A stretch of DNA of 63,975 nucleotides, the filler included, from Folioceros fuciformis (lineage: Eukaryota): NCBI GenBank assembly GCA_049999805.1. It is 6 parts of 5 records of this genome, joined end to end, with 100 filler letters (N's around TTAATTAATTAA, not from the genome) between each part and the next. Parts side by side here need not be neighbours in the genome. Positions count along the whole stretch, not along the records: positions 1 to 8,602 come from JBNGIO010005867.1; positions 8,703 to 23,261 come from JBNGIO010005868.1; 4 more parts are not named here. One strand, given 5' to 3'. Below, in pieces: positions 1 to 10,390 of this stretch. Position 1 is the stretch's first letter. Every line of letters begins with the position of its first letter. The notes below the pieces were generated by a model. It made no database searches, was not told the DNA's origin, and was given only the letters and a program-made list of their open reading frames with translations. The position numbers and the translations under genes were made by a program.

Positions 1-727
1 CCTTGAATGGTGGGCCTTTGCGAAAATTTGTTGCAAACACCTTTTCTGATCTATTCTTGGAAGAACCAAAAGTGAAGGTGCGACTCTGCTCCTCTTGAAA
101 CAACGCACCGATCACCTCTTCCAAGGTGACGGTCGTGGTTACACCAGATGAGGAGCCAGTTGCAGCAGCCCCAAGGGGACCATTCTGGCTGGTCACAAAA
201 GTCTGATAGGATGGGGGAAGAGTGGTGAGGAACTGCGCCACGGCATCTACTTCCGACATCTGGTCTCCAGTTAACGAGGTGAGCTGGGCCCTAAGATGTC
301 GAAACCTGGTGGTGTGCGCTGCCACTTTGTCCCCCTCTTTCATTTTGAGAGTAAAGAACTCTTGTCTGACCGCACATCGCGTCATCAAATTTTGTACTTT
401 ATATGTTTTCTCCAGATGATTCCAAATCTCACCAGCTGAGTTATAGAACTCAATATCAGGGACAAGATCTGCATCAAGCCCACTGATGAGAACTGCTACT
501 GCAATTGCATAATGTTGATTCCACTTGGCTATATCATCAGGAGTTGGAGTTGGAGTTGGAGTAGCCGTGGGATCAGGTTTAGGGTATGACCCATCCACAG
601 TACCCCATACACCACGTGCCAGCAGAGTGGCTTTCATTCTTATATGCCAAGTGGAATAACCGTCCCCCTTGAACCTATCCTTTTCATGTAATTCTGAGGT
701 AAAAGTTGGGAAGGCAGTTGTAGCCAT
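1..727 (-). CDS. Ty1/copia Gag N-terminal part (runs off the window edge)
   Basis: Manual translation from ATG 727: MATTAFPTFTSELHEKDRFKGDGYSTWHIRMKATLLARGVWGTVDG...EFFTLKMKEGDKV...LTTLPPSYQTFV, a UBN2-type copia gag. Same family as the gags at 17164, 31503 and 59544. Absent from the ORF track because there is no stop in the window. Confidence 0.9.
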   Translation of the reverse strand, partial: MATTAFPTFTSELHEKDRFKGDGYSTWHIRMKATLLARGVWGTVDGSYPKPDPTATPTPTPTPDDIAKWNQHYAIAVAVLISGLDADLVPDIEFYNSAGEIWNHLEKTYKVQNLMTRCAVRQEFFTLKMKEGDKVAAHTTRFRHLRAQLTSLTGDQMSEVDAVAQFLTTLPPSYQTFVTSQNGPLGAAATGSSSGVTTTVTLEEVIGALFQEEQSRTFTFGSSKNRSEKVFATNFRKGPPFK

Positions 728-1612
728 GAGGGTTGAGGGGTTTCGCGAGGGAAGGGAAATAACCCGGAGTTACACCCTGCTCACGCCAAACTCCCCTACT
801 TTCCTTTCAGGCAATTAAGGTAGTTACGACATAAGACTTATTAAACACACTGAAGATAAGAAACGTCGTAACGCACACCTCTTCATCCAAAGAAAATTGA
901 GCCGGCTGATACTAACCGCTCATGTCCCTTGGATATGCAGACCTGGACCAATGAGGTAGCGCGCCAGGTTGTTCGGTGAAGAGGTGTGAAGGAGAAGACA
1001 CCGTTTCAAATCAGGAGTCGGCCTGCGCCGGATTGCTCCTATGCCTCGGCTGCGCCACTCCAGTACTGCAATCGCCTCAAGATTGCGGTGGGAGTGATGC
1101 CAATCTCTCGCGTTGGAGTTGCTCCGCATTGTCGAGATGATTGACCATTTACGCTTGAAGCATGAGGATGTGCGATAGGATTACTTCCACCCGATCCAGT
1201 GATGCTTGCAATTTCTTCGAGATGCACCTGAACTCCGATCTGTGAATTATCTTCGCTCCTTCCCGCTGACCAGAAAATTTGGATGCTGAACCAGGTTGGT
1301 GCGGGACGGAAGTCGGCAAAACAGCGTCAATTGGTAATCGGTCGTAAGTTGATGTTGGTCCCCCTCCACAAGCGCATCCGCGGCGAAAACAGTTAGCTGT
1401 CGTCGTCATGATGGGAAAATGGTTGCGATGTTGGGGCCGATGTCCAGATTGAGCACAGCTGTATGAGGTGAGCACCGCGTCTAGCAATGGGGGAACTCCA
1501 CATCTCAGCGCGTGTTTTTCTTGGTAGCCATACCGTAGGGACTCCGCTTGGTGAGCTCTCCTATGGTAGGCTCCCCGTCGCGGCATTGCTCATGTACAGG
1601 ATCCAGAGCAAA

Positions 1613-1624
1613 GCTCTGATACCA
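1613..1624 (-). promoter_or_regulatory. Primer-binding site, tRNA-iMet
   Basis: Reverse complement reads TGGTATCAGAGC. Confidence 0.85.
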
Positions 1625-1794
1625 TCTCATAAAGTTGGCTTGTGCGGAAGCTAGTTGAGGAACTATTATAATATATGAATTAATTAAATACAAACAATAG
1701 TTTGTTTAAATACAAATGGCGATGATGTTTCGCTAATAACTATTTAACCAAAAATGACTAAACTAGGTAGTTAATGTTTATCCTTATTTTAACA

Positions 1795-2472
1795 AAGCCA
1801 AAGGCGGAGTAGGAACAGAACCAGAAACAGGAACACCCGAGTCAGGAAAAGTGAAGGGTTGAGTATGTAACTTAAAGTGAATGTCACCAGGCCATCGAGG
1901 GCTACAAGAGCCGGAGGTGGAAGCACTATCTGAGGCGAGACCAGGAGCTGAAGAAGTAGGTCCAAGATGTGCTAGCCAGGATTCATCAAAGGTGACTGTG
2001 CTTGCATATGTCGGAGTGTGGGTATTCAAGTCCACCAGCTTGTATGCCTTGTGATCCTTGCCAAAGCCCACAAATACCAACTTACGAGCACAAGCAAAGA
2101 GCTTGTCTCGAAGCTGAGAAGGGATATGGGCATAGGCAGCGCATCCAAAGATACAAAGATGAGAGATAAGGGGGTTTACTCCCATGCCACCACTCATAAG
2201 GAGTCTGGCTGGTAACGGACTTGGAAAGCACCCTGTTTCTGATATAAGCAGCAGTGTTGATAGCTTCGGCCTAGAAGGACTTAGGCAATTGGGATTGAGT
2301 GAGCATGGCTCGTGCCATGGCCAAAAGATCACCATTGGCTTTTTCCGCAACTCCATTCTGCTGGGAGGTATAGGGAACCGTAAATTGACGAAGGATCCCC
2401 CTCTCTTGACAAAATTCCTTAAACTGGTGATTGTTAAGTTCCCCAACATTGTCAGATCTAATGCACCGCAGC
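1795..2472 (-). pseudogene. Copia integrase core and C-terminal fragment, frameshifted
   Basis: IRSDN..E, VPYT..QNGVAE, HLCIFGCAAYAHIP..RDKL...LVFVGF...YKL motifs. Both ends are interrupted by other insertions. Confidence 0.85.
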
Positions 2473-3924
2473 TATGGACTCCACATGCTGAACAGGTCCC
2501 TGGAAAATGGTAGGATTTCTCTTTTTTGGAATCTCTGAGTGAATCCTGTAGTGAATTGGTTAGAAGATTAGGTTAGATTAGTAGCTAGATTAATGGTGAG
2601 TCGATAGGGTCTAGGAGGGGGTGTGGTAGATATTCACGGGCTCCAGTTCCTCAGTAACAAAGGGACAGGAACCCTAGAACGGGTCATGGGAGGTGATATG
2701 GGGTTTCCTCTGGGAGATGCTGGTGGAAGAGCCGGGGCTCTCTCTGGCTAACGCTGGTGGAAGCGGGAGACGAGGATAGAGGCGCTGGACCCAAGTCGGC
2801 AGGGCGTAGGGGCGCGGACAGCCATTGTTGGCCGACCAAGCTCGCAAAGAGGGTGACTGGTCAGGGCTGGGCATAGCAACCTCGTTGGCTGTCTCAGCCA
2901 AGAACTCGCCTGGCCTGCTAGCAGCCGAGATTGGGTCGGGTTGGCTACGGCTGATCTAGGCTGGCTAGTTGAGCTAGTCGGGCTGGCCGGTGGAACGGTG
3001 GCAAATAGACCCGGCTTGTTAGCAATTAATCAGGCTGCCGCCTAGCGGCTGGTTGGGGCGGCCTAGCTGGTTGGCAAGCTGGCCACTGGCCTGGCCATCC
3101 TGCCTCCCGCCTGGCTGTTGAGAGCTTGGCAGGCAGTGATGCAGAGACCGACAACTGGCACACGGATCCTAGGTGGTCCAAGGGTGGATCGCGGCAAGGC
3201 AGAGAGCATGCAGGCTGGTTGATCTGACAGGTGAGCTACCTGGCTAGATCGACCACGCGGGGTACGGGCGGATCCTGGTAGACCGCTGCTTGGTGGCAGG
3301 GGCTGAAGCAGGCAGGCAGCCCTACGGGTCCAGGTAGCCAGGCAACTAACTGGGTCATGGCCGAAGCAGCCGCGCTGTAGGTAGGCGACGCCACCGAGCC
3401 GGCCGCGAATGAGGATGGAGCGGACCCAGGCAGAGCGGGTCCAACAGGCGGAATGGATCAGGCGAGGTGTGCGTGGCTGCCGGCCGGATTGCCAGGGCGG
3501 GCTGTGGCCGGTGCCATTAGGATCCAGGCCTAACAGCAACACATGTGGGCTGGATCCAAACAGTCTGGCTTTGAGCGTCGGGCAGCCCGGGCTCTGGCTA
3601 AGCGGAAGGAGGGGCTGGTAGATCCGAAGGCAGCCTGGCCTCGGTGGACCCGGCAAGTGGGGTCTAGCTGGCCAGGGGGCTAACTGGGCCATGGCAAGGA
3701 TCCGCCTGGCAGAGGCGACGCTGGATCTGCCTGGCCTAGCTGACCAATCTGGAGCAAGCCAGGCTTGCTGCAGGCCTGGCTTGCTCCAGATCGGCGGCCT
3801 GGCTGGTTGATTTTTGGAGCCGGACAACCAGGGTTGGCGATTTGGCGACTAGGTGGATTCGTAGGCCTGCTGCAGGCAAGGCATCAGTTGGGCGTCTGGC
3901 GACTCGGTAAGGGCGGATGGCGGC
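2473..3924 (+). mobile_element. Left part of GC-rich TGTGGA-family LTR-like element, copy 1
   Basis: Starts TATGGACTCCACATGCTGAA (variant of TGTGGACTCCAC). The first ~170 bp match 3925 and the first ~130 bp match 62840. Confidence 0.7.
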
Positions 3925-6900
3925 TGTGGACTCCACATGCTGAATAGACCCCTGGGAAATGATAGGTTTTCTTTTTTTTGGGATTTGTGAGTGAGTGTTG
4001 TAGAGGAAAGGTTGGAAGGTTAGGTTAGAATAGTAGCTTAGAGTGAGGGTGAGTCGATAGGGTAGGTAGGTTGTGTGGTGGATAGGACGTGGGCTCTGGT
4101 TCCTAGGCCAAGGGTAAGTAGGCTGAGGGTAGCCGGATGAGGAATGGGCCGGTTGTTCGGCTAGCCACACTAGACGGCTGACTTGACCTGGGCGAGTCCG
4201 GGAAGTGGCGGCTGAGGCAGAAGGTATAGGAGACCGACTGGTTAATTTGGCCAGGCTAGTTGGTAGATCCAGTTGGGCGGCCAGGCAGCCGGCTGGCCGA
4301 GGGAGGAGTAGGCAGCAGCCATGTAGGCGACTTGGCTGCTGGCAGGCCGCATGGCCAGACCCAGGCCGTGGTCCGGGCCGGAGCTGCGAGGCAATCAACC
4401 GAGTAGGCCGCCGGAGTGCTAGAGGGGGTAAGGTAGGCAGCTAGGCGGGGTTGCTGGAACCCAACCAGCAGTCCAACCCGGGCTGATGGGAGGCAATCCT
4501 GCAGGACCAGGCTTTAGGCCGGTTGGTGGATCCAGCCAGGCTGGACAATAGACCAGGCTAGAGCTCAGAAGAGGCCAGGGAGGCTGGGGGCCTGGCTGGC
4601 TGGCCGGGTCTGGACCAGCAGCCCGACGACCAGGAGCGGCCGGGCTGGCCGAAGCTGGATGACTTGGGAGTCCACAGAGGCAGAGCAGCCAAGCTAAGTC
4701 CAGGCAAAAGGCAGAAGAAAGGTGACGGGCTGCTGAGGAGTCTCGACAACCGTGAGCCTGGGACGGATGCATGCGGGCTGGGTAGAATCTAGGCAACGGT
4801 CGCCTGGCTGTCATAACCAGGTAGTCGCTGGCCTGCTGGTGGCGTGGTAGGATCCAGAAGCCAGGCAGTGAGGTGCCTAGCTGGATCGAGAGGTTAGGGC
4901 CTCGGGCCTGTCGATCGGGCAGGGCTTGGTGACTAAGGATGTCCTGGCGGGTATGACCACAGGTGGAGGGCCAGCAGGCTGGGCCGCCAGCAGCTAGGCA
5001 CCCTGGAGGTGGGTCGGCTGGTCGATCCGGAAGGCTGGCTGGTTGGCTGGCCGGGTTGGCTGGCGGGCCAGGTGACAAACGGATGCGACCGCCAACGCCA
5101 AGCTAGGACGGGCTGATCGGGCGGCTTGGCTGGTCACAGTTGGGAGCAGAGCAGCGAGGTCGGAGCTAGAAGCAGGCCAGGCTAGAGGCAGCACCGAGGC
5201 GTGGCCGGCGTGGATGAGGTTGGTTGCAGGACCGGTGCGTCAGGATCAGCTCCGGGGCTGTGGCAGTCCAGAATCAGGATGCAAGGTAAGCTGGCTTGCA
5301 GGCACCTAGACTGATCAGCAGTAGGTCGACGGGGCCAGCAAGCTGGCTGGAGTCCAGGCAGGTAACCCGGCACCAGATCAGGCGAGCCACGGGGGGTCTA
5401 GCAGTTTGGTCGGCTGGCTGGGCTGTGGCTAGCTAGCGGCCTGGCTGCCCCATGATCGAAGTGACACAGGGGGTCGACCGGGCTGCAGCCAGGCATCAGG
5501 CAGCCAGCGTGCCGGCTGATGATAGGTGACCCTGCAGGTAGACAGCCGGCAGTGGCAGGCGGGGCCGGTGGCTGGAGAATTCAATGGGCTAGCGGCCGGA
5601 ACTGTAGGCCAGTAGCAGCCCAGCTGCTTGTGACTGGTCGGGTAGAATCGGGTAGCCAGGCCGACTGGCTAGACCCTGGCCTGTCGGCAACCTGGCTAAA
5701 GCGGGGCAGGCTGGCCAATGCTTCAGGCTAGGCTAGTCGAGACCGGAGGAAGTCGAACGGCGGTGAGGCAGGATTCAGATGGGGTGGCAAATCGGCAAAG
5801 TTAGATTTGGGTTGGTCTGACGGGATGGCAGGCAGCTGAAGTCAGGCGATCCAGGTCTGCCAGCAACTGGACTGATCGGTAGAGGCAGATTTGAGCTAGG
5901 AGGTGGGGCTGGCTAGCTGGCCGATTCTGGAGCTAGGTAGGCGGGCCAGCAAGCTGAGTGCCTGGACGAGACAGGCATGGCAGGTGGTCGAGCCGGCAGT
6001 GGCCAGCTGCTGAGGAGCAGCCAAGCCTCGCAGGCGGCATGGCAGGTGGCTGATTGGCCAGGGGGAACTTGGTTAGGAGGGAAATCTAGGCCAGGCGGGC
6101 CTCGGCATGATCCAGGCCGCAAGTAGGCGCGGCCATCGGCTGGTTGTGGATGGGCTGGAGCGGACTGGGCGGGCTGGAGGTGGACCGAACCTAAGCTGGC
6201 AGCGGGAGGTGGATTCAGCGGTTGGCTAAGGCGGGCGCTGGTCGGAGGCAGGCCAACTTGCTGGAATTCTGCAAGGAGTCAGGCACGCAGGCAAGCAAAC
6301 AGGCTGCTGGAGCGCTAGTTGAAGCATGGCCAGGCAGCCAGACTCCAGGCCGCAGGTGTACTAGATCTAGGGAGGCGACGGTGGATAGACGGCTAGATCA
6401 GGGGGGTGGTGGATCAAGGCGGGGGACGGCTAGATCCAGGCAAGCAGGAGGTCGCGCATCCAGGCTGGTGCAAGCGAATCGAACCCAGACAGCAGGCCAA
6501 CTGGATCGGGGCAAGCTAGTAGGCAGGCTGATCGGATAGCGGCTACAGGGCAAGCTAGCAATCGCAGCTGCCAGGTGGGTAGAGCAGGCTGGCTTGCGGC
6601 GGCCTGGCTAGTTAGCAAGCTGGCCACTGGCCTGGCCATCCTGCCTCCTGACTGGCTGCTGAGAGCTTGGCAGGCAGCGACGCAGAGTCCGACAGCTGGC
6701 ACACGAATTCCAGGTAGTCCAGGGGTGGATCGCGGCAAGGCTGAGAGCAGGCAGGCTGGCTGACTAGTCTGGGAGGCCTGGTTGTTTGGCAAGCTAGGGG
6801 CTGGCGTCTAGCCGGCGGGCCAGATTCGGGTCGGCAGTGCAATGGTGGGTCGGCTGAGCAAGACTGGAGCCAGGAGCAGGCAAAGGGCTAGGTGTGGCTG

Positions 6901-8602
6901 CCAGCGGGCAGGCCTGGCTTGGAGCTAGCGAGCTGGGTTCAGGCTGAAGCAAGTGGGGGCCAGGGTCAGTCTGGCTGACCGGATCCAGTTGGGCAGGTAG
7001 TCGCACATCAGACTAGGCAATCAAATCAGAGCCGGACACCAGGCGGATGGGATCGCTGCAGGATAGTAGGCAGAGTTGATGGCCAGCGGTGAGGCGCCTG
7101 ATTCGGTGGTTGGACTGGTTGGGCGGTCAGGTGATCGAGGCTTCGGGACTCTTGATGGATTCCTGATGGGTGTGACTGTAGGGAGGATCGGGGGTGCTAA
7201 GTGGTGGGGGGAAGAGATGGAGGCTCGTCGGCCTGTTCTCTCCTGAACGAAACCATTCACATCCTCGTGCCCGAGCCGGAATTGGAACCCGGGTTTTTGC
7301 GGGTTTTTGCTAAGCATTGGCAAGTGAAGGTGGCTTCAATAGAGGAACTAGCCAGGTGAAGTCTGGTGTGGGGGGCTTCAGTTGCAGCGCGCTGGATCAA
7401 TACTACCCCGACTAATGGCTAGTCGTGGCAGGGTCACAAGCAGGGCGCCAATGGAATCCAAGCGGGAACGAGGGGCTCAGGCAGCAAAGCTGCAAAGGTT
7501 GGGTTCGGGTTAGAACCAAGCAGATGGTGGCTAGCTGAGGCAAAAGGACCCATCTTAGCCGCCGGACCCCTAAAAAGTGGACATGGGGAGTGGAAACAGC
7601 TCGAGTCTGGCTTCGAGCAAGGCGGTTACGGTAGCCTCGACGAGGGTTGGAGGCGAAGGCTGCCAGGAGAATGCGTGCGGACGAAACTGAGGGATACCAC
7701 CCCATCCAGATATATGACATAAGTGGCATTCGGCTTTCCATCCGCTGGGCGGAAGGTCTAGTACAGGTGTGCTGCTAGTGGGTGAGAAGCCAGTGGTGGT
7801 TATGTTGGCAGAATGGAGGGGGAGAATTGAACATGGAAGACTGTGAAGAATGCAGGATGGTCGGAGGGCAGCCCATCCAGGAGAGGAGAAGGGGGAAAGA
7901 GAAGCACCCCTGATTTGTGGTAATTGTGAGGGGTTGATGATTTTTTGGGATTTTGATGAAAGGGCAGCTAACGGTGTCAAGGGGCAATTAGAAGCAGGGG
8001 TAGGTTAAAGTTAGGGGTTCTTGGTTGGGATTAGGTCTAGGTCAGGCCTAGATTAGGTTTAGGTCAGACCTAGGTGAGGTTTAGGTCAGACCTAGGTGAG
8101 GTTTAGGTCAGACCTAGGTGAGGTTTAGGTCAGACCTAGGTCAGGTTGAGGTCATACCTAGGTCAGGTTTAGGTCAGACCTAGGTAAGGTTTATGTTAGA
8201 CCTAGGTTAGGGTTAGGTCAGACCTAGGTTAGGTTTAGGTCAGAACCGGATGTAGGACGGTTTAAGTCAGAGAGAGAGATGAGGGTTAGGAGTACAAGAG
8301 GAGAGGCCTGCCATTGAGAGGGGGCGGTCTATGGCGTGATGTCCCCGGACTTTGTGGGTAGAACTCCTGGCTTAGGGCGCTGAGCCGGTTAAGGTCGACC
8401 CAAAGTCCTGATTTCCCTTGCCACTAGGGGAACGTGGGGATCCCGGGGCTGTCAAGATCCGTGTGGTCGGATCCGCAAGGGCTACATGATTCGCAGGTTG
8501 GCTGAAGTGAAGGAACAGGACCGTGAGCTGGAGGGCTATCCAGTCCTAGATCCACACTATGCTTGAAGGCTGCAAGAAGTGAAGCCATTGTGTCCTAATT
8601 TC
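3925..8602 (+). mobile_element. GC-rich TGTGGA-family LTR-like element, copy 2 (nested in copy 1, right end lost in gap)
   Basis: Starts TGTGGACTCCACATGCTGAATAG. ~4 kb G-rich interior. 8268-8600 aligns with ~63205-63595. Confidence 0.7.
8054..8245 (+). repeat. 22-bp tandem repeat AGGTTTAGGTCAGACCTAGGTG, ~8 units
   Basis: Directly visible tandem units containing the palindromes TAGGTC-A-GACCTA and ACCTAGGT. Confidence 0.9.
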
Positions 8603-8702
8603 NNNNNNNNNNNNNNNNNNNNNNNNNNNNNNNNNNNNNNNNNNNNTTAATTAATTAANNNNNNNNNNNNNNNNNNNNNNNNNNNNNNNNNNNNNNNNNN
8701 NN
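8603..8702. other. Assembly spacer N44-TTAATTAATTAA-N44 (also 23262, 36815, 59349, 62673)
   Basis: Identical 100-nt pattern five times, giving stops in all frames. Confidence 0.95.
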
Positions 8703-10067
8703 AGGAAGGCACCATTCCTTCACTTGGAAGGGCCCCAGTACCTTCCCCTACCAATTTCTACCTCCCTACACCCAACACCCCTTCCTCACAAGTCTCCTCA
8801 CAACACCTTCCATAACGATCGAGTTGCTCGCCTCCCTACGTCCAACGACCAACAAGCTTTGTCCTTGGGCCGGTTGTTGCGTGCTTGTGCTTGTTAGCGA
8901 GAACTTCCAGGAAGTCTTTCCCTGGAGTCTACCCTCAAGCCAACAGCCACATAGGTATTGCCACACACCTACAGCAGCAAGACAACCATTCACAAGGGAA
9001 TCAACTTGTAGGGGTGCCCATGAAAGAATATGAGCCCTCCGCCAAGCACTTCAGCCACTGCAACTCTAGCCACAACCAGGCGCTGTGATGACACACAGCC
9101 GGCAACGAGATTCCTACACTCTGCTGAGCATGAGAACTCGCCATGAGAAGAGTGCAGAATGTGGTGGTTCATTTCTTTGTGTAGCCCCTCCTTATAGGAC
9201 AGATCGACACATGAACCCTCTCCTACATGTAGGTGGTGGGCTACCCTTCTCTCACACTAGGTGCCACCAACTTTAATTGTGCACACCTACCAAGAGGCTA
9301 AGTCCTACCAATAATTGCTAGGGCAATGCGTGCCGATGAAGATTAGGATTGTCGGTGCCGCCATAGAAGATTCGTTGATCCCCTTTTCAAAAAGGTGTGG
9401 CTAGGATGGCTTCTAAAGCGAGGCAAAGTCTGAAGACTGAGCTAATGGGAACCCCTCCATTATTGGGATTCGTCTTCTTTTGGATCCACGAACTTCCATC
9501 GTACCTTCCTCTGTGTGGATCTCTTGGGATATCCCTTCACCACCACCTACAAGTTTGGTAGGGGAGGGATCCCCTTATTCCTCAACTTGAGCTCCTTCCC
9601 TAAGTAGGGTGGGAATGTCCCCTTCGAAGGTAGGGTCCCTGTTGCTCCCTTCGTAGGTAGGTTCCCTACCCCTCTTCTCATAGGTAGGTTTCATACCCCT
9701 CCTCTCGTAGGTGGGTTCCCTACCATTCCCACCCATTGTCGTAGGTAGACAGCCTACCCCATTGCGGTAGGTGGGGTGTCTACTGTATAAGTACCTTCCC
9801 TACCTACGTAGATATCTTTCATTTTCCCACATAGGTACTCTATCTACATATGTAGGTAGACATCCTACTATGTAGGTATCTTCTTATTCTAACCTACCAG
9901 AATAGAACTAAAAAAAACTCCATAAAAACCTTCACTAGCCGCTCACTACCTACCATGGGTACTTGCCCAGAAACCTACCTTCTACATGCCTCCCTTCAAA
10001 CTATTCTGAACAAAAAGAAACCAAGTTAGACTTTCCTAGACCGATTACCAAACTTTTCCATTCCACA
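8703..10067. mobile_element. Second LTR-like family (TAGGTAGG/CCTAC-rich), terminus ...TTCCACA
   Basis: ~9700-10067 is an inverted homologue of 32596-~32975, which begins TGTGGAACGG. It ends at CCACA inside a palindromic repeat unit. Confidence 0.65.
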
Positions 10068-10390
10068 GCCTGTCTACTAGCACACTCCGGCTCAAGCTTG
10101 CAGGAGTGCGCTGGTCTATCGACGCACTCGAGCCCGAGCCGGCAAGAGTGTGCCGGTCTACCAGCGCACTGGGGTCCCAGCCGGCAGAAGTGCGCTAGTC
10201 TACCGGCGCACTCGGGCTTGAGCCAGCAGCAGTGTGCCAGTCTACCAACGCACTCGGGCTCGAGCCGGTAGCAGTGCGCCGGTCTACCAGCGCACTTGGG
10301 CACGAGCCGGTAGGTGTGCGCCAGTATACCCACGCACTGGGGTCTGAGCCCTTAGAAGTGCACCAGTCTACCGACGTACTGGGGCCCGAG
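10068..10390. repeat. Array A: 8 units, 42-bp period, 24-bp palindrome plus related 18-bp linker
   Basis: Units start at (10063, truncated), 10105, 10147, 10189, 10231, 10273, 10315 and 10357. Confidence 0.92.

Larger units (their letters stand above)
1..1794 (-). mobile_element. 5' end of a copia element: short 5' LTR (~1627-1794), PBS, ~885-bp leader, gag
   Basis: PBS TGGTATCAGAGC at 1613-1624 (-). The LTR begins TGTTAAAA at 1794. The element is inserted into the pol of another copia. Confidence 0.75.

Noticed and set aside
2674-7323. Many 60-250 aa ORFs rich in P/A/G/R/W
   Set aside because: By-products of GC-rich low-complexity DNA with no domain motifs. The same applies to 23306-25500.
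8647-8658. TTAATTAATTAA palindrome recurring five times
   Set aside because: Always centred in N44..N44, so it is an artificial scaffold spacer. Adjacency across these gaps is also not trustworthy.
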